From positions 214,436 to 278,435 of IMG/VR virus record IMGVR_UViG_3300044641_009805: 64,000 bases of DNA; one strand, given 5' to 3'. The position numbers were made by a program, and so were the translations under genes. The stretch's first letter is position 1, and each line of letters begins with the position of its first letter. Positions 1 through 9,108 of the stretch are shown here, piece by piece. The notes under the pieces are model-generated. The model was not told where the DNA came from and ran no database searches. It worked only from the letters and a program-made list of their open reading frames with translations.

Positions 1-1091
1 ACGGTCGTCGCAACATTGCGTTGACAACGACTGCTCCGGCAGGGTCTGTTTCATGCCTCACGCAAACGACAAGCGGTATTGAACCAGCTTACCTTCTTTC
101 CTACACACGCCGTAAGAAGATTAACCCTAATGACACCGCATCACGAGTTGATTTTATCGATCAGCTTGGTGATAAGTGGCAGGAGTATAAGGTCTACCAC
201 CACGGTTTCAAGAAGTGGATGGATGCCACAGGAAAGGTAGATGAGCAAATTGCAGAGTCACCCTACTGGAAGGCAACAAGCAATGATGTTGACTGGCCTA
301 TGTCCGTCAAGCTTCAGGCTGCTGCTCAAAAGTGGGTCTGCCATGCAATCTCTAAGACCTGTAACCTTCCTAATGATGTGACAAGAGAAGTTGTTGCTGA
401 CGTTTATATGGCTGCCTGGGAGGCCGGATGCAAGGGTTTCACTGTCTATAGAGATGGATGCCGTACAGGCGTTCTAGTTCAGGATACTCCCAAGGAGACA
501 AAGAAGGTTGATGACAGCCAGCCAGAAACCATGATAGAAAATCATGCTCCAAAGCGACCGAAGGAATTACCATGCGATATTCATCGAATTAACGTAAAGG
601 GTTCTGAAGGTCAGGAATCATATCTTGTCCTGGTCGGCAGGCTTGAAGGAAAGCCATACGAGATCTTCTGTGGCCTATCACATCACGTTGAAGTTCCGAA
701 GAAGGCGAAGGTAGGAAATCTTATCAAGAATGGTAAGAAGGATGGAGTTGCAACATACAATCTTCAGATTCCTGTTGGGGATGACGATAACCTTGTTTTC
801 AAGGACATTGTGGAGTTGTTCTCCAATCCAAATCACGGAGCTTTTACAAGATCCCTCTCGCTTGCTCTACGCCATGGGGTTCCTGTTCAATACGTTGTTG
901 AACAGCTACAAAAAGACAAATACAGTGATATGCAATCTTTCTCTAGAGTCTTGGCCCGCGTTCTAAAAGGATACATTCCTGACGGCGCAAAATCAACGTC
1001 TGACAAGACGTGTCCTGAGTGTGGATCTAACTCTCTAGTTTACAAAGAAGGATGCGTCACATGTAACAGCTGCTCTTGGAGCAAGTGTTGA
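1..1091 (+). CDS. nrdJ: Class II (B12-dependent) ribonucleotide reductase, 5'-truncated by window edge
   Basis: In-frame GRRNIALTTTAPAGSVS..SGIEP, ISKTCN and KGFTVYRDGCR RNR motifs; C-terminal extension ending in CPECG..CNSC zinc ribbon typical of NrdJ. Confidence 0.88.
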   Translation, partial: GRRNIALTTTAPAGSVSCLTQTTSGIEPAYLLSYTRRKKINPNDTASRVDFIDQLGDKWQEYKVYHHGFKKWMDATGKVDEQIAESPYWKATSNDVDWPMSVKLQAAAQKWVCHAISKTCNLPNDVTREVVADVYMAAWEAGCKGFTVYRDGCRTGVLVQDTPKETKKVDDSQPETMIENHAPKRPKELPCDIHRINVKGSEGQESYLVLVGRLEGKPYEIFCGLSHHVEVPKKAKVGNLIKNGKKDGVATYNLQIPVGDDDNLVFKDIVELFSNPNHGAFTRSLSLALRHGVPVQYVVEQLQKDKYSDMQSFSRVLARVLKGYIPDGAKSTSDKTCPECGSNSLVYKEGCVTCNSCSWSKC

Positions 1092-1099
1092 GTAGTAAT

Positions 1100-1363
1100 A
1101 TGAAATTAAAAGCCAAAGATCTTCGTAGGATAATAAAAGAAGAATTTTCTAGCACAATTCCTGACTTTATGTTACGTCAAATGGCGGAAAAGTGCTCTGA
1201 GGATCTTAAACGATTGATGATAAATCACATTAAAGTAAAATCACCAGCTGATCGTACTTATATGATTGCTTTAGCTAACAAAGTATCTGAAGACTTGGAA
1301 GAAGAAGTAAAAAAGTTACTCGACGAAAAACTATCGGAGTTTTTGAATAGATCTTCTCATTGA
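1100..1363 (+). CDS. Hypothetical protein with N-terminal MKLKAKDLRRIIKEE motif
   Basis: ORF; ATG at 1100 avoids overlap with nrdJ; motif shared with many ORFs here. Confidence 0.7.
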   Translation: MKLKAKDLRRIIKEEFSSTIPDFMLRQMAEKCSEDLKRLMINHIKVKSPADRTYMIALANKVSEDLEEEVKKLLDEKLSEFLNRSSH

Positions 1364-1370
1364 GAAAAAT

Positions 1371-2030
1371 ATGCCTGCACAAAATAATAAAGTAGAGCTG
1401 ATCGGGTATTACGGATCTGATGAAACCCATGCGCTTTCAGCGTGGACATCAACATCAAGAGATCTGACTGAAGAAAAAAAGAATAGAATACCTTCCTTGT
1501 TGAAGATGTTAGCTGAGAATGAACACCATTCTGTTTTTGAAAAATCTTCAATTCATTTTCTAGTTACCAGCGATGTTGCTTCACACATACACTTAATCAA
1601 GCATAGAATCGGCGTATCAATCAATGCTGAATCAGCTAGGTACAAGGAATTGAAAGATGATAAGTACTATGTTCCTGTTGATTGGGATAATGAAGAAGCG
1701 ATTGCATACGTGATGCATATGGATCATTCTTTACAAAAATATCATGAAACTCTTGAGAGACTTGTGCGAAAAGGTATGTCACGCAAGCGTGCTAAAGAAT
1801 CTGCAAGATTGTATTTGCCTTATGGTAATCAGATCACTGCTGATGTTATGTTCAATTTTAGAAGCTTTTATCATTTTTTGAAGCTTCGGTATTCTGAGCA
1901 TGCTCAATTAGAGATAAGGAATATCGCACAACAGATGTTGGAACTTGTCGTAGCATCCAAAGCATTTCCTGCTACTCTTGAAGCTTTTGGGTTAGTCGTT
2001 AACGGTGAGATCAGAGAACCTTTTTCTTGA
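1371..2030 (+). CDS. thyX: Flavin-dependent thymidylate synthase ThyX
   Basis: HHSVFE, KHRIGVSINAESARY (ThyX motif), ESARLYLP, NFRSFYHFLKLRYSEHAQLEIR. Confidence 0.93.
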   Translation: MPAQNNKVELIGYYGSDETHALSAWTSTSRDLTEEKKNRIPSLLKMLAENEHHSVFEKSSIHFLVTSDVASHIHLIKHRIGVSINAESARYKELKDDKYYVPVDWDNEEAIAYVMHMDHSLQKYHETLERLVRKGMSRKRAKESARLYLPYGNQITADVMFNFRSFYHFLKLRYSEHAQLEIRNIAQQMLELVVASKAFPATLEAFGLVVNGEIREPFS

Positions 2031-2043
2031 AAGATTAAATCTT

Positions 2044-2625
2044 ATGTCCAAGCTAATAGTAATCGAGGGTCCTGATAGAGTTGGTAAAGCAACTCAAACA
2101 AATTTTCTTTCTAATTTTTTATCATGGAGAGGTTACAAGGTCTTAACGATTGAGGTTCCTATTCGTTCTAATTTTGTTTATCACATCATCTATTGGATGC
2201 TAAGGAATGGGCTAGCAAAAAAGTTTCCAAAATGTTTTCAGTGGTTACAGTATTTTAATAGACAGATTTTTCAATGGTTCAGCTTGAGAAAGCTGGAGAA
2301 AAATTACGATTATATCATAATGGATAGATGGAGTCTATCCACGGTCGTTTATGGTAAAGCAACAGGAGTTCCATCTGAGTTCACTGAAAAATTACATGCT
2401 AGGTTAAGAAGACCTGAGTTCACCTTTTTATTGTTGGGTCCTGCCCACAAACACTCTGCTGAAGACGTGTATGAATCTGATGCTGAGTTGCAAGAGAACG
2501 TGAGAAGAATTTACCTAGAATGGTCAAAAGAGCATCCGGCTTCTTGTAAGGTGATTGACTGCACTCAACCTCGTGAAGTCATTGCAGAAGAGATTAGAAC
2601 CAAATTGAGCGAATTAAATTTTTAA
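2044..2625 (+). CDS. tmk: Thymidylate kinase
   Basis: IEGPDRVGKAT P-loop, IMDRW motif; directly after thyX. Confidence 0.85.
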   Translation: MSKLIVIEGPDRVGKATQTNFLSNFLSWRGYKVLTIEVPIRSNFVYHIIYWMLRNGLAKKFPKCFQWLQYFNRQIFQWFSLRKLEKNYDYIIMDRWSLSTVVYGKATGVPSEFTEKLHARLRRPEFTFLLLGPAHKHSAEDVYESDAELQENVRRIYLEWSKEHPASCKVIDCTQPREVIAEEIRTKLSELNF

Positions 2626-2680
2626 TAGTGATTGTACTATCAAAGATAGATGATTTAAATTTCCATGAAGGACAAAAAAC

Positions 2681-2932
2681 ATGAGCTATAAAATTTCTGA
2701 TGCAGTTGCAATGAGAATGATTCAAATCTTTCAAGAGGCTCTTTTGCTGGGAGTTGATGGTGCTGACCTGATGAGGCAAGTCCGTCTTGTTGTAGATGAG
2801 TCAAATCCTGACACTGTCACTCTAGATCCAAAGTATGAGTTGCAAGTCTCTGAAATGCATAAGAAGTATTTGGCAGAAGCAGAAAGCCTTAAAGACAAGA
2901 AAGATTCTCAAGGTGTGTTAGTCTTTGAATGA
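2681..2932 (+). CDS. Hypothetical protein
   Basis: 83 aa ORF with upstream AAGGA, co-directional. Confidence 0.7.
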   Translation: MSYKISDAVAMRMIQIFQEALLLGVDGADLMRQVRLVVDESNPDTVTLDPKYELQVSEMHKKYLAEAESLKDKKDSQGVLVFE

Positions 2933-2933
2933 T

Positions 2934-3014
2934 ATGATGTTTTGGATTTCTATCAATTTAGCTTTGTTCGTGATTTGTTTCAAGTTTTATATTTCTGGTG
3001 AAAGAGACGAATAA
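2934..3014 (+). CDS. Possible 26 aa hydrophobic peptide
   Basis: MMFWISINLALFVICFKFYISGERDE; TAA overlaps next ATG (TAATG); fills the gap. Confidence 0.3.
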   Translation: MMFWISINLALFVICFKFYISGERDE

Positions 3015-3382
3015 TGTCAGATAAACTTGATGAGATGTGGAAACAGCAAAAGCAATTCATGGATTTACTCAGAGAAAAAAGAGAATTTCCAAGCTTTCCA
3101 GTCGACACTTCGACAAAAGGTGGACAAAAGATATTGAAGTCTATTACTCATGAATGTATGCATGAGTTGTTTGAAGCAAATCTTCTGTTAAAAAATTCGA
3201 AGGATCATCGTGCGACAGATCTACGAGATTTTGATCGCGATAGTTACGTTGAAGAGTTATGTGATGCTCTTCACTACTTTTTTGAAATCGCCATACTTAG
3301 CGGAGTCTCTATTGAAGAGTTATATCAAGCTTACATGAAAAAGGGAGAGATAAACTTCAATAGAGTAGAAAAAGGTTACTAA
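3014..3382 (+). CDS. All-alpha NTP pyrophosphatase (dimeric dUTPase / dCTPase / MazG-like)
   Basis: ECMHELFE...VEELCDALHYF acidic metal-binding helices, YMKKGEINFNRVEKGY C-terminus. Confidence 0.75.
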   Translation: MSDKLDEMWKQQKQFMDLLREKREFPSFPVDTSTKGGQKILKSITHECMHELFEANLLLKNSKDHRATDLRDFDRDSYVEELCDALHYFFEIAILSGVSIEELYQAYMKKGEINFNRVEKGY

Positions 3383-3478
3383 TTTTTTAGTTTGGTCCTT
3401 TTCAGTTTTTTTTTAATGTTTATCAATATCTCAACGACGGCGCCCAACGTATAAGCCGTTTTAACAAGGAGAATTGAT

Positions 3479-3832
3479 ATGTTGACTTGGTATTACGATT
3501 TACACCGTTCAAACGACATACTAGACGTTTTTAAGACTTTTGAAGATCTTGGGAGACCATTAGAAAAAAAAGTTCAAGATTCTGTAGATGAAACTAGCAT
3601 TAAATTAGAAATGCCAGGTGTGAAGCAATCTGAATTAGACATCACCGTCGAAGGAAGACGTTTAAAAGTAAAAGCTAAATCTAGTAAAACGAACAAAGAA
3701 TATTCTTATTCATACTCTTTAAATTCTGCTGTAGATGAATCTTCGATAACAGCAAAATTAGAAGATGGCTTATTAGAAATAAATCTTCCAAAAAAGCCTG
3801 AATCTGTGCCTAGAAAGATTAAAGTCCACTAA
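3479..3832 (+). CDS. Small heat-shock protein (Hsp20/alpha-crystallin)
   Basis: LEMPGV..LDITVEG, ITAKLEDGLLEINLPK; strong AAGGAG SD. Confidence 0.9.
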   Translation: MLTWYYDLHRSNDILDVFKTFEDLGRPLEKKVQDSVDETSIKLEMPGVKQSELDITVEGRRLKVKAKSSKTNKEYSYSYSLNSAVDESSITAKLEDGLLEINLPKKPESVPRKIKVH

Positions 3833-3851
3833 AATCAGCAAACTTAGAGAG

Positions 3852-3886
3852 AAAAAGGATCGAACTGGTTTCGATCCTTTTTTATT
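3852..3886 (+). terminator. Rho-independent terminator after hsp20
   Basis: AAAAAGGATCGAA-ctggt-TTCGATCCTTTTT perfect 13 bp stem with T tract. Confidence 0.85.
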
Positions 3887-3932
3887 TTTGTAAGATTTTG
3901 ATATATATAACGAAGAGTGGAGCCAGCAGAAA

Positions 3933-4454
3933 ATGAAAATAACTCATAATCAGCTTAGAAGAATCATTAAAGAAGAGTATGAAAGAGCAACACCAGTTCA
4001 ACCTGGACAGATAATGTCAGAAGCTAGAGCCATGTATCTGGCTGAAGAGGTCATGAACGAGGGATTTTTTAAGAATGTTTGGGCGGGTCTCACAGGCGCG
4101 GGAAAAGAAGCTGGTAAAAAAGCTGGAGCTGCTAAAGATGTGGTAGTTAAAAAAGCCACAGCTGCAGGACAAGAAATTTCAGCTGCTGCTAAAAGATTTG
4201 CGGAACCAATCGCCGCTGCTGGAAGAACTGCAGTAAAAGCAATAGAAGACATTAAAGACGCAGGCACTCGTGCTGCCGCTGAAAGTGCAGCAGCTGAATT
4301 GAAAGCCGCCTTGGAACCTATGATTAAGAAGCAAGTTGCAGAGCTAATCAAAAATGAAGTCAAGTCAGGAAAAGACGAAGCAGCTGCTAAAGTAGAAGCA
4401 GAAGCAATAGTCATGAATGCTTTAGCAGCTGCTCTGATGGGTATAGGAACTTGA
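3933..4454 (+). CDS. Ala/Lys-rich helical protein with MKITHNQLRRIIKEE motif
   Basis: ORF with GGAG SD; shared N-terminal motif. Confidence 0.8.
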   Translation: MKITHNQLRRIIKEEYERATPVQPGQIMSEARAMYLAEEVMNEGFFKNVWAGLTGAGKEAGKKAGAAKDVVVKKATAAGQEISAAAKRFAEPIAAAGRTAVKAIEDIKDAGTRAAAESAAAELKAALEPMIKKQVAELIKNEVKSGKDEAAAKVEAEAIVMNALAAALMGIGT

Positions 4455-4470
4455 GTATTCATTAAGGACA

Positions 4471-5091
4471 ATGAAATCTCTACAAGAAAAATCTAAAGTA
4501 AATCCAGGTTACATAAAAGGGTTATCAGGATCCGAGGCCGCCAAGCGTAAGAAAGAAATTGAGCGCGGTTCTAAAACGGACTCAGATGATCCTTCTGCAT
4601 ATGATGATGACAGATTTCAGACAGATTTTACTTCTAGTGGAGAAAGAAAAAAGACAAAACCATCGAAACACACCAAAGCCTTTAAACGTATGTTTGGTGA
4701 GATGGTTGACGAGTTTGATGATGTTTTAGAAGAAGACTTTGGGTCTGATGGCTTGCTTGAAGAAGACATTGATTTTTTGATCGATCTATCTCTACTTAGA
4801 GAGTTCATAGGCGAGATTTTGAATGAGAAGAAAAAAGGATCAAACGTCACGACAGCCTTAAAAAATAAGGCTGAAAAGTCAGGCGCTCCTATGGGCGCTC
4901 TTCGTGCGATCTATAATAAAGGATTGGCTGCGTGGAGAACTGGCCATCGCCCTGGTGCTTCGCCACATCAGTGGGCGATGGCAAGAGTCAACAGCGTTCT
5001 TGCAGGAGGTCCAGCAAGAAAAGTTGATGCAGCGCAATGGGAAAAGATAAAAAAACATCGCGGTAAAAAAAGAAAGAAAAAGAAAGATTGA
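4471..5091 (+). CDS. Hypothetical viral protein (C-terminus recalls DUF5824-type viral family)
   Basis: LRAIYNKGLAAWRTGHRPGASPHQWAMARVNS; internal LLREFIGEILNE motif; family label from memory only. Confidence 0.7.
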   Translation: MKSLQEKSKVNPGYIKGLSGSEAAKRKKEIERGSKTDSDDPSAYDDDRFQTDFTSSGERKKTKPSKHTKAFKRMFGEMVDEFDDVLEEDFGSDGLLEEDIDFLIDLSLLREFIGEILNEKKKGSNVTTALKNKAEKSGAPMGALRAIYNKGLAAWRTGHRPGASPHQWAMARVNSVLAGGPARKVDAAQWEKIKKHRGKKRKKKKD

Positions 5092-5117
5092 AATTTCTCA
5101 AAGCGGCAATGTATAAT
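5088..5117 (+). promoter_or_regulatory. Sigma70-like promoter, leaderless architecture
   Basis: TTGAAA-N18-TATAAT-N7-ATG(5125). Confidence 0.7.
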
Positions 5118-5124
5118 CAATTAC

Positions 5125-5550
5125 ATGTCGCCTGAAAAAGATCGTTTGCTTCGACAAAGATATCCAAAGATTTTTAAAACGTCTGAACACAGCGATGAAC
5201 CCCTGGACATGTGGGGAATTGAATGTGAAGATGGCTGGTTTGAACTGATTGATACACTTTGTAACAGGATTCAATCTCATATCGAATGGCGCTCGAAGAA
5301 CGCACAAGACGAAGAAGAACTTGAAGATCTCCAAGTAGTAGCACAGCAAGTAAAAGAAAAGTTCGGCGGACTTCGTTTTTACGTTGCAGGTGGAGACGAT
5401 ATTACAGAAGCTTTTATTTCTTTTGCCGAAACGATGTCCTACAAGATTTGTGAGACGTGTGGTCAACCCGGAAGGCAACAAGACGACAGAGGCTGGATAC
5501 ATACTGTCTGTGATCCATGCTTTGAGAAGAGAGCGCGGAGAACAGCATGA
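5125..5550 (+). CDS. Conserved phage hypothetical protein
   Basis: DGWFELID, QVKEKFGGLRFY, CETCG..CDPC. Confidence 0.8.
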   Translation: MSPEKDRLLRQRYPKIFKTSEHSDEPLDMWGIECEDGWFELIDTLCNRIQSHIEWRSKNAQDEEELEDLQVVAQQVKEKFGGLRFYVAGGDDITEAFISFAETMSYKICETCGQPGRQQDDRGWIHTVCDPCFEKRARRTA

Positions 5551-6314
5551 AGAAAGTTGAGTTTAAAGATGGACTTGCTATTAATGGCGATTCTTCTTCA
5601 AGAGATACAATTGAAGAAGTTAAAACGTGGCTAGGCGAAGCAGGAGGTGTACCTCTGATCGCAACCGATCCTCCTTATGGTAACATAGTCATGCAGGAAT
5701 GGGATCGAGTAAAAATGACTGACGACCAATACGCCGACCACATGATCCAATGGACACGATTGTGGTCGGAGATTCTACTTCAAGGAGGAGCATTCTATGT
5801 CTGGGGAGGTATTGGACTTCCTGATTTCCGTCCTTTCATCAAGTATCTCACGAGAGTTGAAGATGATAACTTTAAGATGGCCAATCTCATTACCTGGTCA
5901 AAGAAGCGGGCATATGGAGTCCAAAACAACTATCTCTTTACGCGTGAAGAACTCGCATACTTCATCAAGGGAAATCCAAAGAAACCCCTGAAGTTTAATA
6001 TTCCCCTCCTCGAAACGAAGCGCGGATACGCTGGATATAATGAAAAGTATCCAGCCAAGAGTGAGTTCTTTCGTCGAACCAACGTTTGGATGGACATTAA
6101 CGAGATTTTTAAGGGAAAACTTCACCCAACTCAAAAAGCTGCTCGTGTGGTAGAGATTCCTATAGAGGTCCATACAGATCCAGGAGATGTCGTCATTGAC
6201 CCATTCGCGGGTAGTGGTGCTACTGCATTTGCCGCTCGCAAACTTGGTAGAAAATTTATTGTTATCGAAAAAGATGAAGAGATCTTCGGTAAGATGATAG
6301 AGAGGTTACAATGA
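5547..6314 (+). CDS. DNA N6-adenine/N4-cytosine methyltransferase (beta class)
   Basis: DPPY catalytic motif precedes DPFAGSG SAM-binding motif; HPTQK. Confidence 0.9.
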   Translation: MKKVEFKDGLAINGDSSSRDTIEEVKTWLGEAGGVPLIATDPPYGNIVMQEWDRVKMTDDQYADHMIQWTRLWSEILLQGGAFYVWGGIGLPDFRPFIKYLTRVEDDNFKMANLITWSKKRAYGVQNNYLFTREELAYFIKGNPKKPLKFNIPLLETKRGYAGYNEKYPAKSEFFRRTNVWMDINEIFKGKLHPTQKAARVVEIPIEVHTDPGDVVIDPFAGSGATAFAARKLGRKFIVIEKDEEIFGKMIERLQ

Positions 6315-6559
6315 AAAAACAGTTTAACTCGCAAAAAGAATATTGGGAATCTTTACTTAAAGAATATTCTAAGATCTATTTGAACGCCCAGGACAAGATT
6401 GCTAGATATGAGTCTGTAATGTCTAGAAAATCTTCTAAAAATTGGTCTGATGATAAAAAGAAAAAGTTTCTTAATAGGCTCACGACAGCAAACAAAGAAC
6501 TTAATGAATCTTTTGACATCATTAATCAACTACAAATGAGATTAAATCAATCAGAATAA
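6311..6559 (+). CDS. Hypothetical coiled-coil protein
   Basis: 82 aa ORF coupled to previous gene. Confidence 0.65.
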   Translation: MKKQFNSQKEYWESLLKEYSKIYLNAQDKIARYESVMSRKSSKNWSDDKKKKFLNRLTTANKELNESFDIINQLQMRLNQSE

Positions 6560-6585
6560 CACCATCTTAATAAAAGAATTAAATT

Positions 6586-7419
6586 ATGAGATTGGCATGG
6601 GCGACTGATATACATTTAGATTGCGTTGATGATGTTGTTTCAAAGGTGCAAGATCTTGCTGTTCGAGGTGCTGAATGTGAGTCTTTCATATTGTCTGGTG
6701 ATATCACCATAGCACCTCACTTGTTACAACACCTTAGAATCATAGAAAGCATCATACAAAAACCTTTTTATTTCGTACTTGGCAATCACGATTACTATTT
6801 TTCAGATATTCTTTCGGTTAGAAAGAGTGTGGCTGATGCATGTCGATCAATGTCATTCGCCAGATACTTGGCCATGACGCCTTACGTTAGATTGACTCCT
6901 CACGTCGCTTTAGTCGGTCATGATGGATGGTATGACGCGATGAATGGTAACTTCAGAGACAGTGATGTTATCATGAATGATTGGATACGGATTGCAGATT
7001 TTTCTCCTGCAATCCTTCCTTCGTTGGGAGGTAAATCGATAAACAAAGATGTGATAATAAAAATTTCAAGAGCGATATGCAGCGCGTCTGTAAACCATAT
7101 AGCAAATGGAATAAAGGCTGCCATTCGTGACAAAAATGAACACGTCATCGTTGTCTCGCACGTTCCTCCCTTTAAAGAATCCTACAATAGTACGAAGTAC
7201 GGACCAACAAATTCTGCTTCAATTTTGCCGTGGTATACATCTAAAACCTTAGGTGATACGTTGCTATCTGCAGCAAGAGCTTATCCACGTGTTAAGTTCA
7301 CGATTTTATCGGGACACTCTCACAGTCATTATGATGAGTATTTGCTCAACAACTTGAACGTTCGCGTCGGAAATTCTCAATATGGTTCACCACAAATTGC
7401 AGGGATCATCGATATTTAA
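6586..7419 (+). CDS. Calcineurin-like metallophosphoesterase
   Basis: DIH, GDI, GNHD, SH, GHSH motifs. Confidence 0.9.
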   Translation: MRLAWATDIHLDCVDDVVSKVQDLAVRGAECESFILSGDITIAPHLLQHLRIIESIIQKPFYFVLGNHDYYFSDILSVRKSVADACRSMSFARYLAMTPYVRLTPHVALVGHDGWYDAMNGNFRDSDVIMNDWIRIADFSPAILPSLGGKSINKDVIIKISRAICSASVNHIANGIKAAIRDKNEHVIVVSHVPPFKESYNSTKYGPTNSASILPWYTSKTLGDTLLSAARAYPRVKFTILSGHSHSHYDEYLLNNLNVRVGNSQYGSPQIAGIIDI

Positions 7420-7438
7420 AGTTAAAGGAGTTTCCTCC

Positions 7439-7969
7439 ATGAAAAGAGCGCTTCTCTTAAACTTTAATGGAGAACCTTTACAATTCATCGATGGTTCTAG
7501 GGCTATTAAGTTGATGTTAAAAGGTAGAGCTGAAGTTGCTTCTGGTATGACAGGAGAGCCTTGCTTTTGGGATGAGATTGTTAACTCTCCGACTCGAGGA
7601 ATTCAACTGCCTGCAGTTTTAAGATTAAAGTATTACGTGAATAAGAGGCAGTATATTAAGCCACCTAGATTTCAAAAGAAAGTTTTATTCAATCGTGATG
7701 CTTGGAAATGTCAATACTGCGGCATTGAGCTCAACTATTCTGGCATAACGGTAGATCACATCTACCCTGCGTCTCGAGGTGGCGCTACTACGTGGAAAAA
7801 TTGCGTTGCAGCATGTCGTTACTGTAACAATAATAAAGGGAATAAGACGCCTGAAGAAGCTGGCATGAAATTATTGAAAGTTCCCGTTGAACCAAACGCG
7901 CTTCATTATTGGGATCTTTCTAAGTCTACTTCATGGCATGATGACTGGTTTTTGTTCGTTGGCGCATAA
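7439..7969 (+). CDS. HNH endonuclease
   Basis: RDAWKCQYCG, TVDHIYPASRGG, NCVAACRYCNNNKG; SD AAGGAG before ATG 7439. Confidence 0.9.
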   Translation: MKRALLLNFNGEPLQFIDGSRAIKLMLKGRAEVASGMTGEPCFWDEIVNSPTRGIQLPAVLRLKYYVNKRQYIKPPRFQKKVLFNRDAWKCQYCGIELNYSGITVDHIYPASRGGATTWKNCVAACRYCNNNKGNKTPEEAGMKLLKVPVEPNALHYWDLSKSTSWHDDWFLFVGA

Positions 7970-8043
7970 ATCTTTATATTCTATTTTCAACAATGATGTA
8001 ATATCTTCTGTTGGATAATAGTTATGACAGGAGTTTTGCATTC

Positions 8044-9108
8044 ATGCGTTTGAAGATAACTGACTTACAACGTATCGTAGAAGAAACGGTACAAGAGAAA
8101 AAAGCAGTGGCAGAATTTTGTTCAGAGATAAAAAGAGTCTTTGGACCGACTGTGATTGTTGCAAATGATGTGGTGGCTTTGTCTGAACAAGCCAACGATC
8201 GTTTGGATGTGCTAGAAAGAACTGGTAGAAGAAACTACATAAAGTTCTCTGCAAACGCAGCTCTCAAAGTAGCTCATCACAAGAATCCAGAAATCAGGAG
8301 ATTGGCTATTAGATTGTTGCCAGAACATCTAGCATGCAAATTTATTAATGATAAGGTTCCTTTTGTTCGAGCCGCCGCCGCGCAAAACTCTCCCGTCAAG
8401 TTAATTGAAGAGACGATCAAAAAATATCCGACAGATGACACCCTACGTGATATCTTAAAACAAAAGCGTCTTACTGAGAGTAAGCCTGCTCTTAAGTCTG
8501 CTGCGTCAAGTCCTGAAGGAGAATCTTTCCTTAGCGACGCATGGTATGATTCAAAAGCCCGTAAATTGATACAAGACTATGGTAGAACCCTGGACACAGG
8601 GTGGGTTTCTGCAGCGGTAAATCAATATTGTTCAGCCGCTAGATCCGTCAATCGCTACAACATAGACTCTTATAAGCTCATGAAAAAAGTTGTAGAGATA
8701 ATGGCTGACAACGAAGAAGAACGCAGAGACAAATTAGAGCTTAATGAATCGTTTAAACATGACGTTCAAGAATCAGATGAGCAGAATGATCAGGTAGAAA
8801 GCTTGTTAGAAACAGCTTCATTACCTAATGAATACATCACAAAAGCTCATGATGTTTTTTCTATGAAAATTACGAAGTTGGTTAAAGATGATGATCTCAA
8901 TGAAGGTATAGCGGAATTTATTTCTGTTCCCTTATCAGGAATGTTACCTCATCAATCTTCTCCCAGATTTACGGATGAAATTGCTTTAGACACGTATGTG
9001 AAGCATTGGAACAATAAGCAAGCGCTTCAAGGAAGCAACTATAGACTTTCTTGGTCGCCACATCCAGAGATTCAAAATAAAGTCAAATTTTATCTGGGGT
9101 CAAAATGA
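8044..9108 (+). CDS. Hypothetical protein with MRLKITDLQRIVEE motif and HEAT-like segment
   Basis: SD AGGAG before ATG 8044; IRRLAIRLLP/VRAAAAQ helical repeats. Confidence 0.75.
   Translation: MRLKITDLQRIVEETVQEKKAVAEFCSEIKRVFGPTVIVANDVVALSEQANDRLDVLERTGRRNYIKFSANAALKVAHHKNPEIRRLAIRLLPEHLACKFINDKVPFVRAAAAQNSPVKLIEETIKKYPTDDTLRDILKQKRLTESKPALKSAASSPEGESFLSDAWYDSKARKLIQDYGRTLDTGWVSAAVNQYCSAARSVNRYNIDSYKLMKKVVEIMADNEEERRDKLELNESFKHDVQESDEQNDQVESLLETASLPNEYITKAHDVFSMKITKLVKDDDLNEGIAEFISVPLSGMLPHQSSPRFTDEIALDTYVKHWNNKQALQGSNYRLSWSPHPEIQNKVKFYLGSK

Noticed and set aside
3998-4471. 157 aa minus-strand ORF
   Set aside because: Antisense shadow of the Ala-rich tagged gene 3933-4454.
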